Both the position numbers and the translations under genes were made by a program. From Octopus sinensis (Eukaryota), in assembly GCF_006345805.1 (NCBI RefSeq), contig NC_043009.1, positions 54,746,001 to 54,810,000 of the forward strand: DNA of 64,000 nucleotides, in the 5' to 3' direction. Below the pieces are notes generated by a model that was not told the origin of the DNA, did no database searches, and saw only the letters and a program-made list of their open reading frames with translations. Positions 52,031 to 64,000 of this stretch are shown in pieces (positions within the stretch are counted from its first letter, which is position 1; each line of letters begins with the position of its first letter).

Positions 52031-53934
52031 TGCCCACATCAGCAAAACTGAGTTCTAGAAGTGCTGTGTGTCCCACCCACATTTAACAAGAAAACTTCTC
52101 ACGCATTCTACCAAAATGAACCAAGCTACGTCTCTACATTTCTTCTCTTCCTCTCATTTTTGCTTCATGTACTGTGATTACCTCTCCCCAATCTTGTCCT
52201 CTTGGCCCAGTGCCCTGTATCATTGCTCTCTGCTTGCCCCTGACCTGTGTGTTCTACCCACATGCCTTGTCTTACTCTATTATTGCCATCTGCTAGCTCC
52301 CGACTTGGGTGTTCCACCCACACATAACAAGAAAACTTTTCCTTCACCCTACCCCAACAAACCAATCTACATCTCTTTTTCACATTTCCTCCTTCATTCA
52401 CTATGCCTAACTCTCACTCCCAATTCCTGTCCTCACACCCCTGTTCCTCTGTATCATTGCTTCCTGGTAGCCCCTCCAAATCTATATATACTCAGGTCTT
52501 TCACCACTTACTTGCACTCTTTAATCACCCTCCCTTTACAATATCCTGTCACTTATATTATGGTATTTGAACCTCAAAGGTATTCCCTAGCACTTGTCAC
52601 TATCTATATCTCTCTCTTCCTTTACTCAACCATCTCATTTATACTCTGATTCTCGTTCCTTGTGAGTATGCCCGGCATTTTGCCATCATCTCCATCCTGC
52701 AGTCTCTGTCTCTCTCCTTCTCCTGCACTTCCCTCAGGTTGGTCGATCATATATTTTTTTTGTGGTAGCACACTCGTTTCTGTTCTTATTCCTGGTTGTT
52801 CTCTCTCTGGCCGGGTAACCTTGTACTTCCCCTACAAGACACCTGTATCTGTCTCACTATAACCTTTTCTTCATCACCTCCTCCTCTCTTAAAAGTTTTT
52901 GTCTTGCAAGTGCTTGGTGACTCTGTCAGTGCAGGTGCCACTTAAAAGCACCCAGTCCACACTGCAAAGTGGTTGGTGTCCAGAGGGGCATCCTGCTGTA
53001 AAATCCCTGCCAAAACTGACCTTGCCTGTGCTTGTGCCATGTAAAAATCACTACTCACCTTGCCTGTGCTTGTACCATATGAAAAGCACTAAGTCTGCTG
53101 AGTGGTTGGAGTTAGGAAGGGCATCCAGCTGTAAAAATCTTGCCAAAACAGTATCGTCCCACCCATGCTAGCATGAAACACGGACATTGAATGATGGTGA
53201 TGATGATATATATGTATGTGTGTGTGTATATATATTCTTCCCTGCCGTAATGCTTCATTTCCACACACGCCAGCTGAATTCAATTCGTCCCCAGTTGAAA
53301 GACACCTGTTGTTATGTCCTGTTATTATTATTATTTTTATTGTATTTTGTATTTATATTTGTGTAACATTGTCTGTTTTTCCATCCTTGCTTTTGTATAC
53401 ATTCGATGCTTCCTTCCAAGGAATCTAACGCTCTTAGCTTAGTTTTTCCTTGGGGCTGGCCGGATTGGAGCAATCTCAAGATTAATCAGCTGAAATTGCG
53501 AGGATGATCCGGTTCTTGACTAAGGATAGAAAGCTTCGAATGACCCATCCTTGTGTTTTTTTTGTATCGTCTATCTGGATGTTTTGTTGTTCCTTTTTGT
53601 ATCACTTAGTTGTCCGGATGTTTTGTGTACTTGTCCCATTTTGTATTTTATATATATATATAATGTGTGTTTGTGTCTGTGATTGTCCCCACCCACCACT
53701 ACAGCTTGACAACTATTGTTGGTGTATTTGTGTCCCCGTAATGTAGCAGTTCGGCAAAAGAGACCAATAGAATAAATACTAAGCTTAAGAATTAAGTCTT
53801 GGGGGTTGATTTGTTTGACTGAAACCCTTCAAGGCAAATGACTGAAACAAGTAAAAAAAGTAAAAGAAAGATATATATTTTGCCATTGTGTTTGTATAAG
53901 AAATCTATACTTATTAGGAATTATACACATTTAA

Positions 53935-54144
53935 CCCTTTTGTTACTAACCCGGCTCTTGCTCTGTGGTAAAATGTCTTGTTTTCATAAGTTTTTAATTA
54001 AAATCTTCCACCAATCCTTAGTCAAAATTTACGTTCCTAACACTAGCTTAATGATAACAAAGTTATTTTACTAAATTCTTTGTTATATTTAAAATAATTG
54101 AAAGAAACACAGAGCATCTCAAAATAAATACAGTAACGAAAGGG
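53935..54144. mobile_element. piggyBac-like MITE (210 bp) in FPGT intron 2
   Basis: TTAA|CCCTTTTGTTACT ... AGTAACGAAAGGG|TTAA: 13-bp TIR with one mismatch and TTAA TSD. Confidence 0.85.
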
Positions 54145-54734
54145 TTAATTGTTGTTTGTGGACCCATACCTGCATGGAAAAATGTATTTGAAATAATGAT
54201 GAAGGTAGCAACAATTAACAGTTTTACAGGTATTTGTTTTTGTTTAGGGTTTCTTTCATAAGTCATCTGATACATCTATATGATCCAACAAGGAAACCTC
54301 TATATGGTCACTTGACCTGCTCGAAATAGCAGCTATGTCTCCTTTAAATCCCACCTTACACTCTAATGAAGCAAGCACATAGTAGATAATGTAGTCCTAC
54401 ATATCTCTGAGCCAACAAGGAAACCTCTGCATGGTAACTTGGCTGGCTAGAAATAGCTGCCATATCTTCCTGAAATCCCACCTTACACTCTTAAGTAAGA
54501 CAAGGACACAGTATGCAATGTAGTAGTACACACTCATAAAAAGTCAGGACGGTCCTGGTTGGAATTAGTTTAATTATAATCTGCTTGAATCAAGTCTGAC
54601 CTGGAGTTTAATAACAACCACAACCTGTACAAGACTTCAGAGATTGTAAATTTTGATCTTTCATAGAAATTAAATGTTTAGAATAACAATTTATTAAGAA
54701 AATATCTTGATACTAATTATACATTTCTCTTCAG

Positions 54735-56269
54735 GAAATGGTGGTGCCACATTTACAGCTTTGTCTTTCCTGGAAGAATTCTATGGTGATAAATTCTTTT
54801 CTATGAAAATCTTGCTAATTCATGCTGGTGGTCTTAGCAAACGCCTTCCAAGTAACAGCATCCTTGGTAAGATCTTCTCTGTTCTTCCTTGTGGAATTCC
54901 ATGCTACCAGATGCTTGACATAAAACTTGCTCTCTACTGGCCTTTTGTACCAAAAATGAATTCTGGAATATTTCTGACTTGTGCAGACGACATTATCACA
55001 TACAACATGGACAATGAAGGCGACTGGTCTCTTAAAGATGAAGGTTTCACTGCACTAGCCCATCCATCCTCCATCGAAGTTGGAACTGGACATGGTGTGT
55101 ACATTGTAAAAGAGAAAAGATCAGTAAATGAAAGTGTGCAGTTAGCTGAATGCACAACGGTTCTGCAAAAACCTTCTATTGAGACAATGAGAAAACTAGG
55201 TGCTGTGATAGATAACGAAAATGATACCAAAAATTCTACTGTATATACAGACAGTGCATACTTCTTCACAAGTTCAGTTTCTAAGATGCTTCTAACTTAT
55301 GCCAAGAGCCATGGACCTTTCAATTGTGAAATTGATGCTTATGGTGATTTTTTACAAGCCCTTGGCACTGATCCCTTATCTGATTATGTGAACAATTTGC
55401 AGAATATTACAACAACAAGTGGAGATCTGCTAAATACAAGGAAGGAAGTTTTCAAGCTTTTGAAAGGCACACCTTTAAACCTAATTATTTTGAACTCTTC
55501 TCAGTTTTTCCATATTGGCTCAATGCCAGAAATGTTACATAATTTTTGCAAAAGTGATAATTTCAAAATTGGTCTTGGCTTAAGCAATGATGCATTTAAT
55601 GTTTGGTTAGATGAACAATCAAAAGAACCAGAGCCTGTCACTAAGAGAAGTTGTCTTAAAGGTAAAAATGAGGGATGTTTGATTCATTCTTTATTACCTG
55701 TTGGAAGTTGTATTTCTTCGTTAGCAGTATTAGAGTTTTGTAATTTTGATTGTTTAATCCATGTTTCAAAGAATTGTTTGCTGAGCAACTGTGAATTCCT
55801 TGGATCCAGTTCTGAGGAATCACAAATCACAATCCCAGAAAATACCTTTATGCATACAATACCAGTTACTATCAAGGACAATTTAAAGTATGTGACTATT
55901 GTCTTCCATATTAAAGACAATCTTAAGAAGAGTGTGCCACTCACAGACTTTGCAAACATCCCATTTTTGGGGGATACTTTGGGCAAAGCTGTAGATAAAT
56001 TAAGTATTCCAAAATCTCAGATTGTTTCAGATAAAAACCAACCAGAGGTTAGTTTGTGGAATGTTAATATTTTCCCACTTGCAGACACCATGTCAGACTC
56101 TTTTCAACTGGCATTAGCTATGTCAATGTCTTTTAATGATGATGGCAAGGCCTTAAACCTAGAATCTTATCAATTAGTTTCCATCAATTCTATCCTCAAA
56201 TATAAATCTATTCATGAAATGCTGAAATATAGACAAAAACTATTTGATAAAATTAATACTCAATACTAA
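54735..56269 (+). CDS. FPGT: FPGT terminal coding exon, fucose-1-phosphate guanylyltransferase (GDP-L-fucose salvage pathway)
   Basis: Acceptor tttctcttcag|GA gives KLG-NGGAT. Motifs LLIHAGGLSKRLP, LGKIF, LTCADD, GFTALAHPSS, GHGVY, LQKPS, YTDSAY, EIDAYGDFLQALG, FFHIG. No C-terminal GHMP kinase domain, so stand-alone FPGT rather than fucokinase. The three exons total 1782 nt = 593 aa + stop. MILIIHFSS of the track ORF is intronic. Confidence 0.95.
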
Positions 56270-56337
56270 ATTTCTTTTCCCTACATAGTATATTTACTTT
56301 AGAACATAGTAATAAAAATAATGATGATGATAATAAT

Positions 56338-56510
56338 GATTTGGAGATAGAAATCAGATGAATTTGGTATCTCAAAGCTCCATTACGTATTCTTATTGGA
56401 GCAGTAGGAATGGTGTCTAAAGGAACAAACAAATATGTAGACCAAATTCTTGGCAGCGAATTGCAAAAGATCATACTTGTGGGTACCTCACATATTTCAT
56501 GTGACTCCTT
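56338..56510 (+). mobile_element. Degenerate R4/Dong 3' fragment just downstream of the FPGT stop
   Basis: Translates DLEIEIR*IWYLKAPLRILIGAVGMVSKGTNKY..ELQKIILVGTSHI, collinear with the 24263-24470 protein. Preceded by a decayed (TAA/TGA)n tract. Confidence 0.7.
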
Positions 56511-57980
56511 CTCCATGTATCTGCAGTCTTACTCATTCAGTGGTGTTAATAATTTTATAAAGAATTTTTTCTTTTATACACACAGGCATCATCTTTTCCA
56601 ATTGCCTGGCAACTCATTCATTTGTATCTTTAGATGCAAAAACTTGTCTCTTGACATCTCTGATTAACACTTGACTGCAATTCATATAAATCAAAGCAAC
56701 CGCAAAATGTAATTATAACAATAATAATAGTGTTACTATCAAAACTGATTTTTAAAATTTCCATCAGGGTTTTAACATTTCTAAATATTTGGGGAGAAAT
56801 TCTTTTCTTGATATATTTTTCTTTTTGTTTGGGACATTTTAATTTTTAAAATCTTTGGTATAATTATATAGTTCCTAAATTTATCAAGCCAAACTGTTGT
56901 ACATTTAATGGGGTTTTTTCCCTACAAATGTTTATTTGGGTAATATTTTTGACTGAAGGTCATAATGACATTGGGTTGGATAAATTGTGATAAATTTGTG
57001 TGAAGTGTCATACTTCTCTCATTTCTGTCCATTGTCATTAAACTTGAGTTAGAGCCAGAAGTTCAAGATGGTCACTTGACCTGCTAGAAATAGTAGCTAA
57101 ACATCTTTCTAGTAGCACTCTATCATCTTAAAAATTTCTGTGTGTGAAGTGTTTTATTCTTCACCAGTGGTGTAGCTAGAGTGTGTCCCATCTTGGAACA
57201 GACCCAAGGGGTGACTCCTCCCCCCGGGTCACCCAGACTATATTGGATTCTTATATAGTAGACCCAGAAGTGCCACTCCCATCCAGGGCAGACACCCTCC
57301 CCCAACTCGACCTGCTAGAAATAGCAGTAAATCATCGCTGTAATCGCATTCTACCATCTGACAAAAGGAATAGTAACATTGGACAATGTAATTCTAAATA
57401 CACTATGTTTAAATAAAAAGCGGGATGGTCATGATTGGAATGCCTTTGATCAAAGGTCTTCTTTATCAGGCCTGATCTAGAGCTAACTGATATTAACAGC
57501 TAGAGATAAGCAAGTGACTCTACTAATGTTTTTAAAAAAATGTTTATTCTATTTTTGTTAAAAATAAATTTTAAAAATTTTGTTATTTTATTGTTTTTTA
57601 TATTTTCTACATTTCATGTTTTGCCTAATCATGGCTGTGTGGTTAAGAAGTCCATTTCTTAACCATATAGCTTTTAAGTTCCAGCCCACTGTGTGGCACC
57701 CAGAGTAAGTATCTTCCATTATAGCTCCTGATTGACCAAAGCCTTGTGAGTGGATTTGATAGATGGAAACTGGAAGGAGCCAATCACGTATATGTATAGT
57801 ATGAGAGAAGTTTGTGTCTCTTCTTGTCTTGACATCACACATCATCATTTAATGTTCGTTTTCATGCTGACTTGGGTTAAACAGCTTAACAGGAACTGGC
57901 ATGGGCTGCACCAGGTTTCATAGTCTGTTTTGGTTTGGTTTCTATAACTGGATGCCCTTCTTAATGCCAACCACTTTACA

Positions 57981-58150
57981 GCACAGGAGTGGCTGTGTGG
58001 TAAGTAGCTTGCTAACCAACCACATGGTTCCGGGTTCAGTCCCACTGCGTGGCAACTTGGGCAAGTGTTTTCTGCTATAGCCCCAGGCCGACCAATGCCT
58101 TGTGAGTGGATTTGGTAGACGGAAACTGAAAGAAGCCTGTCGTATATATG

Positions 58151-58181
<31 letters not shown>

Positions 58182-58507
58182 TTGTGTGTCTGTGTTTGTT
58201 CCCCTAGCATTGCTTCATAACCGATGCTGGTGTGTTCACGTCCCCGTCACTTAGCGGTTCGGCAAAAAGAGACCGATAGAATAAGTAATGGGCTTACAAA
58301 AAGAATAAGTCCCGGGGTCGAGTTGCTCGACTAAAGGCAGTGCTCCAGCATGGCCGCAGTCAAATGACTGAAACAAGTAAAAGAGAAAAGAGACCGATAG
58401 AATAAGTAATGGGCTTACAAAAAGAATAAGTCCCGGGGTCGAGTTGCTCGACTAAAGGCAGTGCTCCAGCATGGCCGCAGTCAAATGACTGAAACAAGTA
58501 AAAGAGT
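57981..58507 (+). mobile_element. tRNA-derived SINE family B with central (TA)n(TG)n and a tandemly duplicated ~120-bp tail, nested in an RTE UTR
   Basis: Head GGCTGTGTGGTAAG..GGGTTCAGTCCCAC; tail ..gctccagcatggccgcagtcaaatgactgaaacaagtaaaagag present twice. Confidence 0.85.
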
Positions 58508-59737
58508 ATACTGGGTGCTTTTTATATGGCACCATCACCAGTGCTTTTTACATGCACCAGCACCCACACAAATGCTTTTTACGTGGTATCTTGGTTTTAG
58601 GATCTCAATTCTGTTGTGGTGGGCCAGGTCTTCTTCAGTACAGTAATGCACCACATATCTTGGTTTTCTATCATCTCCTTCATACGACTGTGTTTTGAGG
58701 TCAGCCTTCAATACTCCATCCCATGGCTTCCCTCTTTCACAATTTCCCTCCACTTTAAAGTGGTGGGCACTTCTTTCTTCAAGTTATGAAGGTGTTTCAC
58801 CATCATACAAGTAGTATCCTTCATTTCCAGTCTTTAGTCTTTTGTGAAAATGTCTCTGGCCATGGGGAAATATTACCTTGCTTGGAAACAGGTAAGGGTT
58901 AGGACAGGAAGAGTATCTGGACATGAAAAATCTGCCTCAACAAATTCTCTCCAACTCATGCAAGCATGTAAAAGAGGACATTAAAACAATGATGATGATT
59001 TCTACACTATAACAAATGACACAGCGAGGTTTGTAACATGCACATCTATTTGGTTTAATTTCAAGTTAGAACTATTCAGTTTTTTACATATCTAAAACCA
59101 TTGGGAATGGCATGAATACCTAAACATCCCATTATACACACTACTATGTGCTAGAATACTGAGCATTTTTACTTATATGTGAAACTAATAATTAAGCCTT
59201 TCACAATTATGTTTTTAATGAATTGCTGTGCCCTTGCTTATCATCATCATCATCATCGTTTAACGTCCGCTTTCCATGCTAGCATGGGTTGGACAATTTG
59301 ACTGAGGACTGGCGAACCAGATGGCTGCACCAGGCTCCAATCTGATTTGGCAGAGTTTCTACAGCTGGATGCCCTTCCTAACGCCAACCATTCCGAGAGT
59401 GATAATCAGTAATTTGGAAGAATTTAATAAAATTACCTGCTTTTTATTATTATTAATATTATTATGAACCAGTAAAGATTCTTATGTAAAATCATAATAA
59501 TGACTTCAAATTTTGGCACAAGGCCAGCAAACAGAGAAGGGAGTAAGTTGATTACATCGTCCCCCAATGCTCAACTGATACTCATTTTATCAACCCTGAA
59601 AAGATGAAAGGCAAAGTCGACCTCGGTGGAATTTGAACTCAAGATGTAAAGACAGATGAAATGTAGCTAAGCATTTTGCCCGATGTGCTAATGATTCTGC
59701 AAGCTCACTGCTTTGGTGTAAAATTATAATAATGAGC

Positions 59738-59918
59738 ACTAATTGTAAACAGTGCTCAGGTGCAATACACCTCATTAGAAAAGAATGAAAGAGGGGGAGA
59801 GAAAGCCATAAAGAGGAAAATGCAGTTATGTCAGGTGTAGTGTTGGCAAAATTCAGGAGATGTGGAATTCTTGAAGGGTGTGGTGAACTGACAGCTAACA
59901 ACTGAAGCAGGTGGTTTA
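59738..59918 (-). mobile_element. Older diverged CR1 3' end
   Basis: Shares acagtgctcaggtgca, tcaggtgtagt and aacaactga.gcagg with the 3' end of the CR1 at 15211-15350. Confidence 0.65.
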
Positions 59919-60345
59919 TCCAGAGATTAGACCAATCTGTATGTGTAAATGTAAATATTTTTTTAAAAAATGTTTAATCTGTGGGGATTATGTTAGTGTG
60001 AAAAATTTTGTCAATATACACAATATGTTACATTATAACAAGTACCAAAAGAAAAGCACAGCTGGATATGCTGCAAGTTTCAACTATGCTTAGAGTTCCT
60101 TCAACAGCTGTACATCTATCCAGAAACACAAAGCCACAAGTATTAGAGACTAAAGTAAACTGGATAGATCAATTTATGTGTTTAACATTTTCTTGGCAGC
60201 AAGATCAAATAGTGTTAAGTGTTTTGTTTTGTTACTGAAATGTAATTCAGAAGATATGTATAGATTTTTAGCCAACACTGTCACAACAAAAGTAACATGT
60301 ACATCGATATGCATAATATGTTCCTTCTTTTCCTGTCTGCAGACA

Positions 60346-61248
60346 TTAGGTCATCATATAAATAATGTGTTTTTTTTCAAATGCATGAACTAAAAGTCGG
60401 AGGGAGACAGGATAAACTACCTGCATCAACTTGCAATGAAAGCAGGTAGTACTTTCACGTTGATTTATTCTTAGTACAAGTTTTGTAGAGTGCAGTTCAA
60501 TGGCCACGAACGGATGGTGCTTTTTACGTGCCACCGGCACGAGACCAGTCGGGGCGGCGCTGGCAATGGCCACGTTCGGATGGTTCTCTTACGTGCCAGC
60601 AGCACTGGTATCACAGCTGGAATTTCCATTGATGTTGATTGATTTTGATTCTCACTTGCCTCAACAGGTCTTCACAAGTAGAGTTTTGTGTCCCAAGAAG
60701 GAAAGGTATGCATAAGTGGACTGGCTACATCCCATGTAGAGGCCACGGGTTATGGTCTCACTTGTCCTGCCGGAGTGGAGTGATAATGGAAGTGATAAAG
60801 GAGTATATCTGGCATATTTTGCTTTATGAGTTCAATAAAGGCAACAAAGCAACAGAAAGTGCAAGGAATATTAATGCAGTATATGGGGACCAGACAGTAA
60901 ACTGAAGCCAGTGTCAATGGTGGTTCCAGAAATTCCAAGCTGGAAACTACAGCCTAGAAGACGAGCCTCGTCCAGGAAGATCTGTAGAGCTTGACGAAGA
61001 TGTCCTGTAAACCCTGGTGCAACAAAATCCCATCGTAACTGTTGAGGAACTAGCAGAGAAGCTTGGATTTGGTCATTCAACCTTTTATCGACACCCGCGT
61101 GACATTGGAAATGTCAGGAAATTAGGTCAATGGGTTCCTCACAAATTTTTTGAGTCTAATCATGTGCAGAGAGTGAATGTGTGCTCTTCTTTGCTGTCAC
61201 GTCTCACAAATAGACCTTTTTTTGGGACCAAATAGTGACTGGTGACTA
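60346..61248 (+). mobile_element. Second decayed mariner of the same family, 3'-truncated, with a nested RTE-UTR-like insert at about 60499-60780
   Basis: Left TIR ttaggtcatcatataaataat. Transposase fragments MEVIKEYIWHILLYEFNKG and GQWVPHK; collinear with 10297-10935. Confidence 0.88.
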
Positions 61249-61281
61249 AAAGCAAATAAAAGGAAAATGTAACAGAAGAAA

Positions 61282-61663
61282 TCTTTATATATAAAAGTAA
61301 GGTTGTGTGTCTGTCTCCTACGATTTAGATTCCTAACTACTCCCACATTTTGCGGTGCAGTTTAACCGGGTATCTTATAGTCGTGATTCATATCGAGCCC
61401 TTCTGGGTATTAGCGCGCGTCTACGATGAGTCTACGATTTAAAAAAAAATTTACCATCATTTTTTTCCATTTTAATGCATTTTTTTCGCTATTATATAAG
61501 GGAAGTAACTCTCTAAAAATGTCTACGATTAGTCAACGATTTAAAAAAAAATTACCATAATTTTTTTTTCATTTTTAATGCATTTTTTTGCTATTTTTTG
61601 GCTATAACTCTCTAAAAATGCTTATATAGTTATTTCCCTTACAAACCCGAGCAATACTGCTAG
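61282..61663 (+). mobile_element. Non-autonomous Helitron, solo copy
   Basis: A|TC...CTAG|T with no TSD. Same subfamily as 44517-44884; the 3' hairpin carries a 10-bp deletion. Confidence 0.88.
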
Positions 61664-62278
61664 TAAATATATAAATAGATGAGAGAAAAAGAAAATGAAA
61701 ACTCAATTGAAAGAAGAATTATCATCTGGTGCCACTGATGCAAAAAACCCATTTTTGTTCCTGTAAATAGAAGTTTCAAAGAACAACAAACATTGCACCC
61801 AGCTTTGGCTAAGTCACATTATCTCATTATGTTAACAATTATTGCAGACATTTATTACATAAAAAATAAAAAACATCAACAACCAAAGAAAAGTGTGTAC
61901 ATTGCCATGGCCAACAAACTCTAAATCGCTTAAGATAATGTTTTCTTTTCTGGCTTTTTAAAACTTTACAACATTTTTTAATTAAAACTGTTTGCTTTTT
62001 TTTTTTTGTTTCTTTTTCATTTTTATACTTTGTAGTTTCGATTCAGATTCTCAGAGAGATACAGATATATATGTGTGTGTGTGTGTGTTACCATTTGTAA
62101 ATGAAAGAAGAGAGCACTAAATACATGTGGTGTATAGTTTTATGTATGTTTTTATTTAAACTAAGATTTCAATTGTTATTCATTCTCTTCCACTATCTGC
62201 AATCTTTCAGAGCATTGACCAAAAGATCACAGGGCATGAAACTCAAATAGCGACCAAAATCTGTGTTTAAAATACACC

Positions 62279-62279
<1 letters not shown>

Positions 62280-62376
<97 letters not shown>

Positions 62377-62545
62377 TATATATACACACATATATATAAT
62401 ATATATACACACACATATACATACATATATATACATACATACATATATATACATACATACATATATGTATATATATATATATATATATATACATACATAC
62501 ATATATGTATATATATATATATATATATACATACATACATATATG

Positions 62546-62579
<34 letters not shown>

Positions 62580-62590
62580 ATATATATTAC
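62280..62590. repeat. (TA)n/(TACA)n microsatellite field, representative of dozens of such tracts
   Basis: Directly visible; source of the YIYI/MYVC ORFs. Confidence 0.95.
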
Positions 62591-62771
62591 CTTTGCCCAT
62601 ATAATAGAGTAAATGAATTGATTGCATCGCAATCCTTAACATTTATGTATTAACTTTATTGGGTACTTCACTAGCAGTATATTGGATATATGTTATCCCA
62701 TGGAGGGTTGCATTTACAACACCTAACTCAATTTGTATGTACATACATACATACGTACGTACGTACGTACA

Positions 62772-62803
<32 letters not shown>

Positions 62804-62807
62804 AACA

Positions 62808-62843
<36 letters not shown>

Positions 62844-62890
62844 TATGTAACAAAGTGGAGTTGTAGGGTACCGCACGAGTGGAATTATAT

Positions 62891-63277
62891 ACGAAAGAAG
62901 GTTTGAAAATGCAATTTTAAAAGATGTTTATTTACTTTACCGGTTTCACTCTTTGGGAAAAGATTGTCAAAAGTAACATGTAGAAGTTTGGTTGCGTTAA
63001 TCATTGGTTGTTGCAAATTGCTACATTACATATATACAGTCTTTGGTAACAAGGACATGTTAAGGACATAAAAAAGTTTGAACTTGTTAAACTTTTTTAT
63101 GTCTTTAACATGTCCTTGTTACCAAAGACTGTATATATGTAATGTAGCAATTTGCAACAACCAATGATTAACGCAACCAAACTTCTACATGTTACTTTTG
63201 ACAATCTTTTCCCAAAGAGTGAAACCGGTAAAGTAAATAAACATCTTTTAAAATTGCATTTTCAAACCTTCTTTCGT
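62891..63277. repeat. Near-perfect 387-bp palindrome (probable Penelope-like snap-back remnant)
   Basis: 189-bp arms with one mismatch seen (G.U on + strand) and a 9-nt spacer at 63080-63088; microsatellites nearby on both sides. Confidence 0.9.
63192..63236 (+). ncRNA. Minimal hammerhead motif, U3-A8 covariant (mirror copy on - at 62932-62976)
   Basis: ttactt-TTGACAA-TCTTT(tccc)AAAGA-gt-GAAA-CCGGT-A-aagtaa: 6-bp stem I, palindromic ACCGGT, GUA triplet. Confidence 0.6.
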
Positions 63278-64000
63278 GTGTGTGTATATATATATATATA
63301 TGTATGTATGTATGTATGTATATACTGAGAGAGAGAGAGAGGTGAGTGTTAAGTTACTTTGTATGTGTTCAGAAGCTGAAGCAGTTGTAATTCTAGAAAT
63401 GATAAACTACAGTCAACAAACAAACAAACAACAACAGCAGTAGTAGTAATAGTAGTAGTAGTAATAATAGTAGTAGTAGCTTGTCTGTGTGTCTCTACGG
63501 CAACTGTCTCTCTACAAATGACAGATACTAGTTTATTGACATTGTCCATTCTAAGCCGAGATGACATTGCTTTTGCTGAATTCTTCATTTTTTTCCCCCC
63601 AGTTTTTGACAGAGAGAGAGAAGATTGGGAGAGGAGAATGGAAGGGCAGGAGGGAGGAAGGGAAAGGGCTATTCAAGAGAGGGATCTTTTTTTTTCTTGT
63701 TGTTGTTGTCATAATTATTATTATTTAAATATTCATTTGACTATTTTGTTGTCTTTTTAATTTCTCTGTTTTTTTTTCTTCTTTTGACTGTTTATCTTTT
63801 CTTACTTACACACACAGACAAACACAAGCATGCACACATACACAAACACACACACACACACACGTACATACAGTGTGTGAATCCTTCAAAATGAAGATCA
63901 TTTTATTATATCCTGTGTGTAAATATGACAGTGGAGGAGGTGAGGGTGAGTGGAGACTACTTCATTTGGGTGGCTTGGGGAAAAAAGGGCTATCTTATTC

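Noticed and set aside
54934-55986. Minus-strand ORFs of 111 and 100 aa
   Set aside because: Antisense shadows of the FPGT exon.
63349-63588. 79-aa minus-strand ORF
   Set aside because: Half is (TAG)n/(CAA)n repeat; no splice or homology support.

Overview
Eukaryotic, AT-rich, microsatellite- and SINE-saturated genomic DNA. The repeat families and the (TA)n/(TACA)n/(GAT)n density look like an octopus (coleoid cephalopod) genome; this is inferred from recognised repeats, not from a search. One host gene is well supported: fucose-1-phosphate guanylyltransferase (FPGT), + strand, three coding exons (46616-46688, 51184-51357, 54735-56269; 593 aa). Its first exon is missing from the ORF track. Most of the remainder is transposon-derived: a young CR1 LINE, two decayed mariners, R4/Dong and RTE fragments, three tRNA-SINE families, non-autonomous Helitrons and several MITEs. 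Nearly all other ORFs in the track are microsatellite or SINE artefacts. The most interesting unexplained structure is non-coding. (i) About ten minimal type-I hammerhead-ribozyme motifs, some with core variants such as the compensatory U3-A8 pair, sit mostly in (TA)n-embedded, often snap-back Penelope-like remnants. (ii) An 862-bp palindromic element carries internal telomeric repeats and an 8-bp TSD. (iii) A head-to-head Helitron array is flanked by a 13-bp direct repeat. (iv) CpG decay plus an orphan splice-competent exon hint at an unannotated gene across about 8.4-42 kb. Coordinates of decayed repeats are approximate.
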